From the NCBI GenBank assembly GCA_947470025.1, contig CANIRU010000002.1, positions 250 to 64,249 on the forward strand: a stretch of DNA of 64,000 nt. The letters are read 5' to 3'. Positions 1-8,182 of the stretch are shown piece after piece (position 1 is the first letter of the stretch; the number at the start of each line of letters is the position of its first letter). The notes under the pieces are model-generated. The model was not told the origin of the DNA. It searched no databases and was given only the letters and a program-made list of their open reading frames with translations. Made by a program: the position numbers and the translations under genes. This stretch comes from Chloroflexota bacterium. GTDB lineage: Bacteria; Chloroflexota; Dehalococcoidia; UBA2979.

Positions 1-21
1 TGCTAGAGGTAGGGGTTCCCA

Positions 22-1380
22 TTGACCATCGCAGGTGACCTGGCGGCGTTTGTCACGAGCACAACGGCGGACGCGATCCCGCCGCTCGCGTTTGAGCGGG
101 CGCGCATGAGCATCGCGAGCACGATCGCCAGCGCGGCGATGGGCGTGGACATCGGCTCCTCCGCGATCACGCGCGACATGGCGAAGGAGCGCGGCGGCAC
201 GCCTGAGTCCAGCATCTGGTTCGACGCCGGCCCGAAGATCCCGGTCGCGGACGCCGCGCGCGTGAACGCCGTGATGAGCGATGCCGCCGCCTCGGACGAC
301 AGCGACATGCGCAACATCGCGCACATCGGCACGATCATCAGCACCACCTCGATCGCGATGGCGGAGCGCCTCGGCAAGTCGGGACGCGACGTGCTGCACG
401 CGATGACGCTGGGCTACGAGGTGGCGGGCCGCATCGATGAGTCGCTGACGCCGGGCCGCGGCACGAAGGGCTTCCACGGCTCGGTCTCCACGGTCTTCGG
501 CAGCACCGTCGCGACCGGCACCCTGCTTGGCCTCGACGCCGCGCAGATGGAGCAGGCGATCGCGACCGCGGCGACCTCCATCGGCGGCATCGGCATCGCG
601 GCGAACACCTCGTGGGCGCGCGAGTACCACGCGGGCCTGTCGGCATGGCTCGGCACAAACGCCGCGATGGCCGCACAGAAGGGCTTCATCTCAGAGGCCA
701 CCGTCCTCGAGGCGCCGAAGGGCTTCCTAGACGCGATGGGCGGCATCGAGCGTGACGACATCACGAAGGACCTCGGCAAGGAGTGGGACATCGTCACCGA
801 CATGGCGATCAAGCTCGTGCCGGGCGGCCACCCCAGCCACGCCACCGCCGAGGCAGCGCGCGACGCGGCGATCAAGGGCAACGTGAACCCCGACGACGTC
901 GCGAACATCGAGGTGTCCATGCACCGCATGCGTGCGCTGAGTGGGCCGCTGCACCCGCGCGACCTCATCGGCGTCGCGCACAGCATGTCGTTCTTCATCG
1001 GCTGCGCGATCGCGGAGCGCGGCTACGGTTGGATCCACGCGACCGACCCGTCGAAGATCGACGACCCCACGATCAACCGCCTGATCGACCTGATCACGGT
1101 GGACCAGAACCCGAAGCCGGACCCGGACCGCTTCCCGCACCGCCACGGTTCCACGGTGACGATCACGATGAAGGACGGCACGAAGCACTCCGCGCACGTG
1201 GACATGCCGCGTGGCTCGAACGTGGGTGGCGTGGACTGGAACGACGTGGACTCGAAGTACCACACCCTCGTCCCGCTCTGCGGCCTGTCCGAGGCGAAGA
1301 TCAACGCCAGCCTCGAGGTCGTCCACAACTTCGAGTCTGTGAAGGCGATGTCCGAGCTGATCGAGACGCTGAAGCGGTAA
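22..1380 (+). CDS. MmgE/PrpD family protein (2-methylcitrate dehydratase-like fold)
   Basis: 452-aa ORF with a TTG start at 22 preceded by GAGGTAGGGG. Length and sequence (LAAFVTSTTADAIPPLAFERARMSI..., GFHGSVSTVFGS) fit the MmgE/PrpD family as I recall it. GC3 is high in this frame and a hairpin terminator lies downstream. Confidence 0.8.
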   Translation: MTIAGDLAAFVTSTTADAIPPLAFERARMSIASTIASAAMGVDIGSSAITRDMAKERGGTPESSIWFDAGPKIPVADAARVNAVMSDAAASDDSDMRNIAHIGTIISTTSIAMAERLGKSGRDVLHAMTLGYEVAGRIDESLTPGRGTKGFHGSVSTVFGSTVATGTLLGLDAAQMEQAIATAATSIGGIGIAANTSWAREYHAGLSAWLGTNAAMAAQKGFISEATVLEAPKGFLDAMGGIERDDITKDLGKEWDIVTDMAIKLVPGGHPSHATAEAARDAAIKGNVNPDDVANIEVSMHRMRALSGPLHPRDLIGVAHSMSFFIGCAIAERGYGWIHATDPSKIDDPTINRLIDLITVDQNPKPDPDRFPHRHGSTVTITMKDGTKHSAHVDMPRGSNVGGVDWNDVDSKYHTLVPLCGLSEAKINASLEVVHNFESVKAMSELIETLKR

Positions 1381-1402
1381 CCGGAGGTCCATCTCCCGTT
1401 CC

Positions 1403-1444
1403 GGCCCCCTCTCCCCGTTCGGGGAGAGGGTTGGGGTGAGGGCC
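1403..1444 (+). repeat. REP-like palindromic repeat, copy 1 (hairpin CCCTCTCCCC-GTTC-GGGGAGAGGG followed by tail TTGGGGTGAGGG)
   Basis: Perfect 10-bp stem at 1407-1416/1421-1430 plus a 12-nt tail. Near-identical copies lie at 11463-11497, 46905-40 and 48938-73. It is intergenic. Confidence 0.85.
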
Positions 1445-1486
1445 ACACCACATCGCCCCAACCTCGAACGCGTCGAGGCCAAGCAA

Positions 1487-1512
1487 AGGGGCCGCGAGTG
1501 ATCGCGGCCCCT
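1487..1512. terminator. Hairpin terminator between convergent genes
   Basis: AGGGGCCGCGA-GTGA-TCGCGGCCCCT forms a perfect 11-bp GC stem with a 4-nt loop. It lies between the stop at 1380 (+) and the stop at 1594 (-). There is no clear U-tract. Confidence 0.6.
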
Positions 1513-1532
1513 CGTGTGTGTCGAACCGAGAA

Positions 1533-1570
1533 CCCCCACCCCTGCCCTCCCCCCAACAGGGCGAGGGGGC
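1533..1570 (-). repeat. Degenerate inverted copy of the REP-like repeat
   Basis: CCCCCACCCCTGCCCTCCCCCCAACAGGGCGAGGGGG aligns by eye to the reverse complement of copy 1 (CCCTCACCCCAACCCTCTCCCCGAACGGGGAGAGGG). The stem is imperfect. Confidence 0.5.
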
Positions 1571-1593
1571 CAGAGGCGAACAAGGAACCGCCG

Positions 1594-2388
1594 CTACTGC
1601 TTCGGCGTCCGGTCGAGCCGCACCACGATGCCCTCGAGGTCGGGCGAGGGGGCGGGGTAGCGGTCGAGGACCATCGGGTCGTGGCCGGGGACGATGTGCT
1701 GCTCGGAATCGGCGAGCGCGTAGAGCGCCTTGAAGGCCGCGAGCGAGCGCTCAGGCTCCCACGCGATCGAGAACGGCCGCTGCTTCTCGAAGTTCTCGTA
1801 GTAGTGGCTGGAGTCCGAGGCGAGGACGACCCAGCCGCGCTCCGTGTGGACGCGCACGACCTGCGTGCCACTCGTGTGGCCGCCGACGTGGTGGACGCTG
1901 AGCCCGGGCGCGAGCTCCTGCGAACCGTCGATGAGGTTGACGCGTCCCTCGTGCAGCGCGGTTACGACGCGGTCGATCTCGTCGGTCTCGAACGAGTGCC
2001 TCGCGGGCGTGAACATCGCCGGGCCAACGACGAACTGCAGCTCCTTCTCCTGGATGTGGATCTTCGCGTTGGGGAAGTCCTGGATCGTGCCGATGTGGTC
2101 GAAGTGGAGGTGCGTGATGATCACGTCCTGTACCTCGTCCGCGTCGACGCCGAGGAGCTTGAGCCCGTCCGCGGGCTGGCGGATCCACGGGCGACCACGG
2201 CGCGTGCCGACCTCCTCGGTGTAGCCGGTGTCGATGACGAACGTGTGCTCGTCGCTCTGCGCGAGCCATACGAAATAATCCATCGGCATCGAGCGATCCG
2301 GATCGGGATCGCCGCCAAGGAAATGGTCGCCCCGTCTCGCCTCGCGGTGGCCGTACTTGATCGCGTAGACGCGGTACGTCTCGGTCAT
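1594..2388 (-). CDS. MBL-fold metallo-hydrolase (N-acyl-homoserine-lactonase-like)
   Basis: 264 aa with the HxHxDH metal motif as ITHLHFDHIG. ATG at 2388 has AGGAG 8 nt upstream. Confidence 0.85.
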   Translation of the reverse strand: MTETYRVYAIKYGHREARRGDHFLGGDPDPDRSMPMDYFVWLAQSDEHTFVIDTGYTEEVGTRRGRPWIRQPADGLKLLGVDADEVQDVIITHLHFDHIGTIQDFPNAKIHIQEKELQFVVGPAMFTPARHSFETDEIDRVVTALHEGRVNLIDGSQELAPGLSVHHVGGHTSGTQVVRVHTERGWVVLASDSSHYYENFEKQRPFSIAWEPERSLAAFKALYALADSEQHIVPGHDPMVLDRYPAPSPDLEGIVVRLDRTPKQ

Positions 2389-2461
2389 GTTGTTGCTCCT
2401 GGATCAGCGCGAGGCTGCCGGGCAGCGCCCAACAGCCTCGCGGGGACGTGATCGATACGGG

Positions 2462-3394
2462 CTAGAAGTCGCCCTTGGCCTTCATCGCGTCGACATCGGC
2501 AGCGTTCTCGTCGATGAGGACGCCCGCGCGCTCCTCCTGGAGGAGCATCGCGACGCGCGAGTCCTTACTCTCCCAGCCGCGGTTCATCGCCTCGGTCAAC
2601 TCCTCGAGCGCGAGGTTGGTCAGGCGCATCGGCACGCCGACCTCGCGCGCGAGCTGCGTCGCGAGCGAGACGTCCTTGTGCGCGAGGCGCAGCGCGAACG
2701 ACGCCGGCTCCCACTTGTTCTGCAGGAACTCCCCGCCGAGGCGGTCGAAGGTACGCACGCGCCCGTTGGCGCCCGCGCGGATCGCGTCCCACAACTGCAG
2801 CGGCTCAACGCCGGCCTTCACGCCCATCGTGAACACCTCGGCAAGCGCCGCCTGGATCGTGTAGCCGGCGGCGTTGTGCACGAGCTTCGCGACCGAGCCC
2901 GCGCCGATCGGGCCGATGTACTTCGCCTGATCACCGACGGAGTCGAGGACGGCCTTGTACTTGTTGAACGTTGCCTCGTCGCCGCCGACCCAGATCGCGA
3001 GCCGGCCGCTGGCCGCGCCCGTGGGGCCGCCGCTGACCGGCGCGTCGAGGAACGAGATGCTCTTCGACTGGAAGCGCGGGTAGATCTCGCGCGCGGAGGT
3101 CGGCGAGGAGGTCGACAGGTCGAACCACGCGCTGCCGGGCTTCATGCCGGAGAGCAGGCCATCCTCGTTGAAGGCGACCAGGTTGATCTCCTTCGGGCCG
3201 GGGAGCGACGTAAAGACCACGTCCGCAACTTCCGCGACCTTGCCGATGGAGTCAGCCCAGGTGCAGCCGGCCTCCACGTGGCGGTCGGCCAGCTCACGAC
3301 GCAGGTCGTTGACGACCACGTCGTAGCCCGCCTTGCGGATGTTCAGCGCCATCGAGCCGCCCATGGTGCCCAGTCCGATGAATCCGACGATCAT
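2462..3394 (-). CDS. NAD(P)-dependent oxidoreductase, 3-hydroxyisobutyrate dehydrogenase family
   Basis: Rossmann motif GFIGLGTMGGSMA immediately follows ATG 3394, which has GAGGGA 7 nt upstream. The ORF-track extension to 3460 has no RBS and runs into a repeat-rich spacer. Confidence 0.85.
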   Translation of the reverse strand: MIVGFIGLGTMGGSMALNIRKAGYDVVVNDLRRELADRHVEAGCTWADSIGKVAEVADVVFTSLPGPKEINLVAFNEDGLLSGMKPGSAWFDLSTSSPTSAREIYPRFQSKSISFLDAPVSGGPTGAASGRLAIWVGGDEATFNKYKAVLDSVGDQAKYIGPIGAGSVAKLVHNAAGYTIQAALAEVFTMGVKAGVEPLQLWDAIRAGANGRVRTFDRLGGEFLQNKWEPASFALRLAHKDVSLATQLAREVGVPMRLTNLALEELTEAMNRGWESKDSRVAMLLQEERAGVLIDENAADVDAMKAKGDF

Positions 3395-3578
3395 GCTGCT
3401 ATCCCTCGATCTAGAACTGCTCGCGAGGACAGGCCTCGCGAGGTGACCGCATGCAAGCACGCTCCCCGTTACGTCGGGCTGGCGGGCACGCGTCGGATTG
3501 TACGGCGCGACGCCGTCCGGCGAACCGCCGCTTTCGAAGCAGAGTGGTTCCGCGTCGAGGCGCGTCGATGACCAGAGC

Positions 3579-3756
3579 GGGGCGGCCCACCCCAGCCCCT
3601 CCCGGCGCGGGAGGGGTCAGAAGAAGAGGAACCCAGTGTGAGGAGCTGCGCCCCTCACACTCCCGGCGGAACTCGTTTGGCCGCGCGATGTCGGTGCGAG
3701 AGATTCGAACCGCCCCCGGAACAAGGCCCAAACGGGGCAGGGGATGGCCACCCCGC
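3579..3756 (+). repeat. MITE-like composite palindromic element, copy A (shortened right module)
   Basis: The 5' module of about 95 nt (GGGGCGGCCCACCCCAGCCCCTCCCGGCGCGGGAGGGG...GTGAGGAGCTGCGCCCCTCAC...CTCCCGGCGGA) is about 90% identical by eye to copies at 62653 (+) and 58687-58778 (inverted). The right end GGGGCAGGGGATGGCCACCCCGC matches the right terminal repeat. Confidence 0.75.
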
Positions 3757-3796
3757 GGTTGAACCTCGATCACCCGCGCGTGGGGAAGGCCCATCC

Positions 3797-4351
3797 CTAC
3801 TCCGACCAGCGGTCGAGGCAGATCGCCTCGTCCAGCGGGGGGCGGTGATTCGGCCCGTAATTCCGGTCCGGCCAGCCCAGCGGGATCATCGCGGCCGTGT
3901 CCCAGCCCTCGGGGACGCCGAGGATCGCCTTCACCTCGGCGTTGCGGATGCGGTGGCTGGTCGTCAGCACCGTGCCCAGGCCCAGCGCGCGCGCCGCGAG
4001 CATCAGGTTCTGGCACGCCGGGTAGATCGAGGCGCCCGTCTGGAACCCCACCTGCCCGGTGCGCTCCGGGATGCGCACGCACGGGACGATGAGCACCGGC
4101 GCCTTCGCCATCACGCCGGGCGCATCCCCCGGCTCGTTGTGGGCGATCGAGTACTCCCGGTCGAGCGCCGTCTTCACGGCCTGGTCGCGCACGACGATGA
4201 ACTTCCACGGCTGGGTGTTGGAGCCGGATGGGCCGTGCACCGCCGCCTGCAGCACCTGCCGCAGCGTCTCCTCCTCGACCGGACGGTCGGAGAACGCGCG
4301 AACGGCGCGCTGGGCGCGGAAGAGCTGCATCACGTCGGTCACGGGCTTCAT
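3797..4351 (-). CDS. Nitroreductase family protein
   Basis: 184 aa with RAVRAF..., SGSNTQPWKF and the C-terminal IPLGWP pattern typical of NfsA/NfsB-like nitroreductases. ATG 4351 has a strong GAGGAGG 7 nt upstream. Confidence 0.8.
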   Translation of the reverse strand: MKPVTDVMQLFRAQRAVRAFSDRPVEEETLRQVLQAAVHGPSGSNTQPWKFIVVRDQAVKTALDREYSIAHNEPGDAPGVMAKAPVLIVPCVRIPERTGQVGFQTGASIYPACQNLMLAARALGLGTVLTTSHRIRNAEVKAILGVPEGWDTAAMIPLGWPDRNYGPNHRPPLDEAICLDRWSE

Positions 4352-4501
4352 CGACGACCTCCTCGACACCCCGCGACGCGCGAGGCGGTGCGCATCATCG
4401 CACCGCGCGAGGCCGCCGCGGGGCGCGGGGCGCCTCGGGAGAGCGGAGTACACTGGCGCCCGCGCGTCCGCCCAACCTCCGTCCAACAGATCGGAACTCC
4501 C

Positions 4502-5437
4502 TTGGCTCTCTTCCTCAGCAACGACGATGTCCGCGCCCTGCTCCCGATGAAGGAGTGCGTCGACGTCCTCGACGACCTGTTCAAGCAACACGCGCGGGGC
4601 CTCGTCGACAACCGGCCGCGCGAGCGTCTGCGCTTCCCGGACTCGCCGTGGACCTCGACGCTGATGGGCGGCACCGTCCTGAGCGAGGACGCGATCGGCC
4701 TACGCACCTCCAGCGTGACGCTCATGTACAACACGAAGTCCGGCAAGTTGGACGGCGTGATCGAGCCGGGGAACATGGCATGGATCCGCACGGGCGCCGC
4801 CAGCGGCCTCGCTGCGAAGTACATGTCGAAGCCCGATGCCTCGGTCGTCGGCGTCTTCGGCACCGGCCGACAGGCGGTGACGCAGGTCGAGGGCATCGCC
4901 GCGGTCCGCGACATCTCGCTGGTGAAGGTCTACTCGCGAAACGAGGCGAACCGCACGAAGTTCGCCGACACGATGCGCGAACGCACCGGCCTCGAGATCG
5001 TCGGGGTCGGCACGCCCGAGGAATGCATCGAAGGCTCCGACATCATCGATGTGATCACGAGCGCGTGGGAGCCCGTGTTCGACGGCAACCTGCTGGAGCC
5101 GGGCCAGTGCGTGATCGCCGCCGGTGTGAACTCGTGGCAGAAGCGCGAGATCGATGAGACGACGATCCGGCGCGCATCGCTGATCGCCGTCGACAACCTC
5201 GACAACGCGAAGGCGGAGTGCGGCGAGTTGATCTGGGCCGCCGAGCAGGGCTGGTTCCGCTGGACGACGCCCGTCGAGCTGTCCGCGATCGTCAGCGGCG
5301 CGGTGGACGGCTACCCCTCGCCCGACGCGATCACGCTCTTCGAGAGCCAGGGCGTCGGCATGGAGGATGTCGCCGCCTCGGCCTACATCCTCAAGAAGGC
5401 GCGCGCGCAGGGCGTCGGCATCGAGCTGCCGTTCTAG
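4502..5437 (+). CDS. Ornithine cyclodeaminase / mu-crystallin family protein
   Basis: The N-terminus (L)ALFLSNDDVRALLPMKECVDVLDDLF and the Rossmann stretch VGVFGTGRQA are typical of the family. TTG 4502 is the first in-frame start that does not overlap the divergent nitroreductase gene. The start is uncertain. Confidence 0.7.
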   Translation: MALFLSNDDVRALLPMKECVDVLDDLFKQHARGLVDNRPRERLRFPDSPWTSTLMGGTVLSEDAIGLRTSSVTLMYNTKSGKLDGVIEPGNMAWIRTGAASGLAAKYMSKPDASVVGVFGTGRQAVTQVEGIAAVRDISLVKVYSRNEANRTKFADTMRERTGLEIVGVGTPEECIEGSDIIDVITSAWEPVFDGNLLEPGQCVIAAGVNSWQKREIDETTIRRASLIAVDNLDNAKAECGELIWAAEQGWFRWTTPVELSAIVSGAVDGYPSPDAITLFESQGVGMEDVAASAYILKKARAQGVGIELPF

Positions 5438-5688
5438 ACGAGGGCGCCTCCGAGGCGCCTCCAGGGCCAACGATCATCAGAATTGTTGTAGGATCGCGGG
5501 AATCTGAGCCCGGATTGCTGGGCGACGGGGCACCTCGGTGGTACCTTGTCGCCCTCCAGCCGGTTTGTGCCGAGCAGACGACCTGACCCGAGGCGAGCCG
5601 CCGAGCTCACGCCCCAGCGCCATCGTTGCCTGCGCGACCGTCATCCGCCCTCGACTCGAGGGCACGTGTGTACGAGGGGACGTGCTTT

Positions 5689-6882
5689 ATGACTGCGGGA
5701 CCTCTGGACGGCATCCGGGTCTTCGACATGACCATCTTCATGGTCGGCCCATGGGCCTCCATGCAGCTGGGTGCGCTGGGTGCGGACGTCGTCCACATCG
5801 AGCAGCCTGACATCGACTGGGCCACCCTGGGCGCCGGCGTCCCGCCGACGATCAACGGCACCTCGATCGGCTACATCGCCTGGAACATGAACAAGCGCGC
5901 GTTCTCGCTCGACATGAAGCTCGAAGAGTACCGCCGCCGCGCGTACGAGCTGCTGAAGACGTGTGACGTGTTCCTGGTGAACATGCGCCCCGGTGTCGCC
6001 GAGCGCCTCGGCGTCGGCTACGAGGATGTCCAGAAGATCAACCCGCGGATCATCTACTGCACGGTCACGGGCTGGGGCACGACGGGCCCGATGGCGGACC
6101 TGCCGGGCGCCGATGGCCAAGTGCAGTACGTCACCGGCTTCGGCTCCGCCACCGGCGAGCGCGACGGCGCGCCCGAGCTCTACCGCCACCTGACGCAGAT
6201 GGACGGCACGACCGGCAACTACGCCGCGCAGGCGATCACGATGGCGCTCGTCGCGCGCGAGCGCACCGGCCAGGGCCAGCGCATCGACCTGTCGATGCTG
6301 CGCGCGGGCACGGCACTTCAGTCCGGCCGCATCGCTGAGTACTTCGCCAGCGGCAAGGTCGCGGAGCGCCTCGGCGCCTCCGGTGCGGCCGCTGCCCCGG
6401 ACACCGCGTTTTTCTGCGAAGACAAGGCGTGGCTGGGCGTCTCGGCCACCTCGCAGTCCGAGTGGGTCGCGCTCTGCGACGCCATCGGCAAGCCCGAGCT
6501 GAAGGACGACGCGCGGTTCAAGACGAACCCCGACCGCGTCGACAACCGCGACGCGCTCGAGGAGATCCTCGCGGCCCGCTTCGCGGAGCGCCCGACGGAT
6601 CACTGGCTCTTCTACCTCCGCCGCGCGGGCGTGCCCTGCGGCTACACGATGCGCTGGGACGTCCTGCGCAACCACCGCCAGGTGCTGGAGAACAACTACC
6701 TCGTGGACGTGGAGACCGGCGGCTGGGGCGAGGTCACGACGGGCGGCCCGGCATGGCACTTCAGCGACACGCCGCAGCGCTGGTTCGGGACACCGTTCCC
6801 GGGTCAGCACGACGCAGAAGTCCTCGGTGAGCTGGAGGCCGCGCGTGCCTCGCAGCCCGAGTCCGTGAAGCAGGGGAGCTAG
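5689..6882 (+). CDS. Family III CoA-transferase (CaiB/BaiF), A-type subunit of cassette 1
   Basis: PLDGIRVFDMT...GPWASMQLGALGADVVHIE N-terminus and internal QMDGTTGNYAAQAI (candidate catalytic Asp region). ATG 5689 has GAGGGGA upstream. Paralog of 44435-45625. Confidence 0.85.
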   Translation: MTAGPLDGIRVFDMTIFMVGPWASMQLGALGADVVHIEQPDIDWATLGAGVPPTINGTSIGYIAWNMNKRAFSLDMKLEEYRRRAYELLKTCDVFLVNMRPGVAERLGVGYEDVQKINPRIIYCTVTGWGTTGPMADLPGADGQVQYVTGFGSATGERDGAPELYRHLTQMDGTTGNYAAQAITMALVARERTGQGQRIDLSMLRAGTALQSGRIAEYFASGKVAERLGASGAAAAPDTAFFCEDKAWLGVSATSQSEWVALCDAIGKPELKDDARFKTNPDRVDNRDALEEILAARFAERPTDHWLFYLRRAGVPCGYTMRWDVLRNHRQVLENNYLVDVETGGWGEVTTGGPAWHFSDTPQRWFGTPFPGQHDAEVLGELEAARASQPESVKQGS

Positions 6883-6884
6883 GC

Positions 6885-8048
6885 GTGGCAGGTCCGCTTG
6901 ATGGTTTGAAGGTGCTGGAGATCGCGGAAGCGGTCGCCGGCCCGTACGCAGCGATGGCCCTCGGCGACGCCGGGGCCGAGGTGACGAAGATCGAGTCGCT
7001 CGACGGCGACCGCTCGCGCGACTGGGGCTCCCACAAGCGCGGCGACCACGGCGCGGTGTTCGCGGGCCTGAACCGCAATAAGCGCTCGGTCACGCTCGAC
7101 CCGTCGAAGCCGGAGTCGAAGGACGCCGTACGCCGCCTGGCCAAGGACGCGGACGTGATCATCTGCGACGCCGGGTGGGACAAGAAGATCGGCCTGACGT
7201 TCGAGGACGTGCAGGCGATCAACCCGCGCGCCGTCTACCTCTCGATCTCCGAGTGGGGCGACAAGGGGCCGTGGGCCAACCAGCCGCCATACGGCGAACT
7301 GGCCGCGCAACTCGCCTCGGAGGCCACGCTTTCCCTCGGCAACATCGGCGAGAAGCCGGTGCGCGAGGGCACGGACATCGGCTCGATGTACGCGGGCGTG
7401 TACGGCATCCAGGCGATCAACGCGGCGCTGTACGCGCGCGAGCGCACCGGCAAGGGCCAGCGCATCGACGTGTCGCTGTTCGGCTGCCTGATGGCGCTGC
7501 GCTCCACGCTGTGGGTCGCGCTCTCGAACCCCGACTACTGGTGGGGCTTCCACCTGGACTCCTACATCAAGCCGCCGGACCACGGCTACAAGGCCAAGGA
7601 CGGCAAGCGCATCTTCATGTCGCTCGCGCGCATGACACCCGAGGAGCGTGAGCAGCTGCACACCGCGCTCGGTGGCCTCGACTTCCTCGAGGGGGAGCCG
7701 CGCAAGCAGATGTTCCTGGAGGACCGCGGTGGCGGTGGCACGCGCTACGGCTACCTGATCACGGACCTGTGGGAGAAGCTCTTCTCGAACATGGACTCCG
7801 AGCCGCTCATCGAGCTGCTTCGCAAGCTCGGCGGCTGGGCGTTCCCGCTGAACGACTACCAGACCCTGTTCAACTCCGACCAGGTCGAGGCGGTCGGCAT
7901 GCTCACCAAGACGGAGTACCCCGGCCTGGGCGAGCGCCCGACGATGCAGCCCCCATGGGAGTTCGCGGACACGCCGGCGAGCATTCGCTTGCCCCCGCCG
8001 GCCCTCGGCGCGCACACGAAGGAAGTCCTCGCGGGCGTCGGCCTGTAG
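6885..8048 (+). CDS. Family III CoA-transferase (CaiB/BaiF), B-type subunit of cassette 1
   Basis: PLDGLKVLEIAEAVAGPYAAMALGDAGAEVTKIE N-terminus. GTG start lies 2 nt after the upstream stop, suggesting translational coupling. Paralog of 45625-46830. Confidence 0.85.
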   Translation: MAGPLDGLKVLEIAEAVAGPYAAMALGDAGAEVTKIESLDGDRSRDWGSHKRGDHGAVFAGLNRNKRSVTLDPSKPESKDAVRRLAKDADVIICDAGWDKKIGLTFEDVQAINPRAVYLSISEWGDKGPWANQPPYGELAAQLASEATLSLGNIGEKPVREGTDIGSMYAGVYGIQAINAALYARERTGKGQRIDVSLFGCLMALRSTLWVALSNPDYWWGFHLDSYIKPPDHGYKAKDGKRIFMSLARMTPEEREQLHTALGGLDFLEGEPRKQMFLEDRGGGGTRYGYLITDLWEKLFSNMDSEPLIELLRKLGGWAFPLNDYQTLFNSDQVEAVGMLTKTEYPGLGERPTMQPPWEFADTPASIRLPPPALGAHTKEVLAGVGL

Positions 8049-8077
8049 CCAACGCCTCGCGGCGATGCGAGCACAGA

Positions 8078-8104
8078 GAAGGGGGAGCCGATGGCTCCCC
8101 CTTC
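8078..8104 (+). terminator. Rho-independent-type terminator after the CoA-transferase pair
   Basis: GAAGGGGGAGCC-GAT-GGCTCCCCCTTC forms a 12-bp stem followed by TTCTTG, 30 nt after the stop at 8048. Confidence 0.65.
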
Positions 8105-8182
8105 TTCTTGTCGCGGCTACAGCGGCTCCGATCGCGCGTCGTCTGGCCTCGTGTACTTGCGCGCGCCGAGGAGGCTCCAACG

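Noticed and set aside
3690-3725. A possible tRNA gene on the minus strand, because of GGTTCGAATC (reverse complement of GATTCGAACC).
   Set aside because: The putative T-stem halves (GGCGG and CTCTC) are not complementary. No acceptor, D or anticodon arms can be drawn, and the sequence sits inside a repeated element. I treated it as a tRNA-like remnant only.
3638-4501. The 5' extension of the 599-aa ORF (3638-5437), and similar long N-terminal extensions of other track ORFs (for example 11510-12736, 47763-49301, 58026-59381, 7769-9445, 52466-54766).
   Set aside because: The extensions overlap well-supported genes on the other strand or run through repeat elements. They have an Arg/Pro-rich junk composition, and family homology begins only at an internal start with a good RBS.
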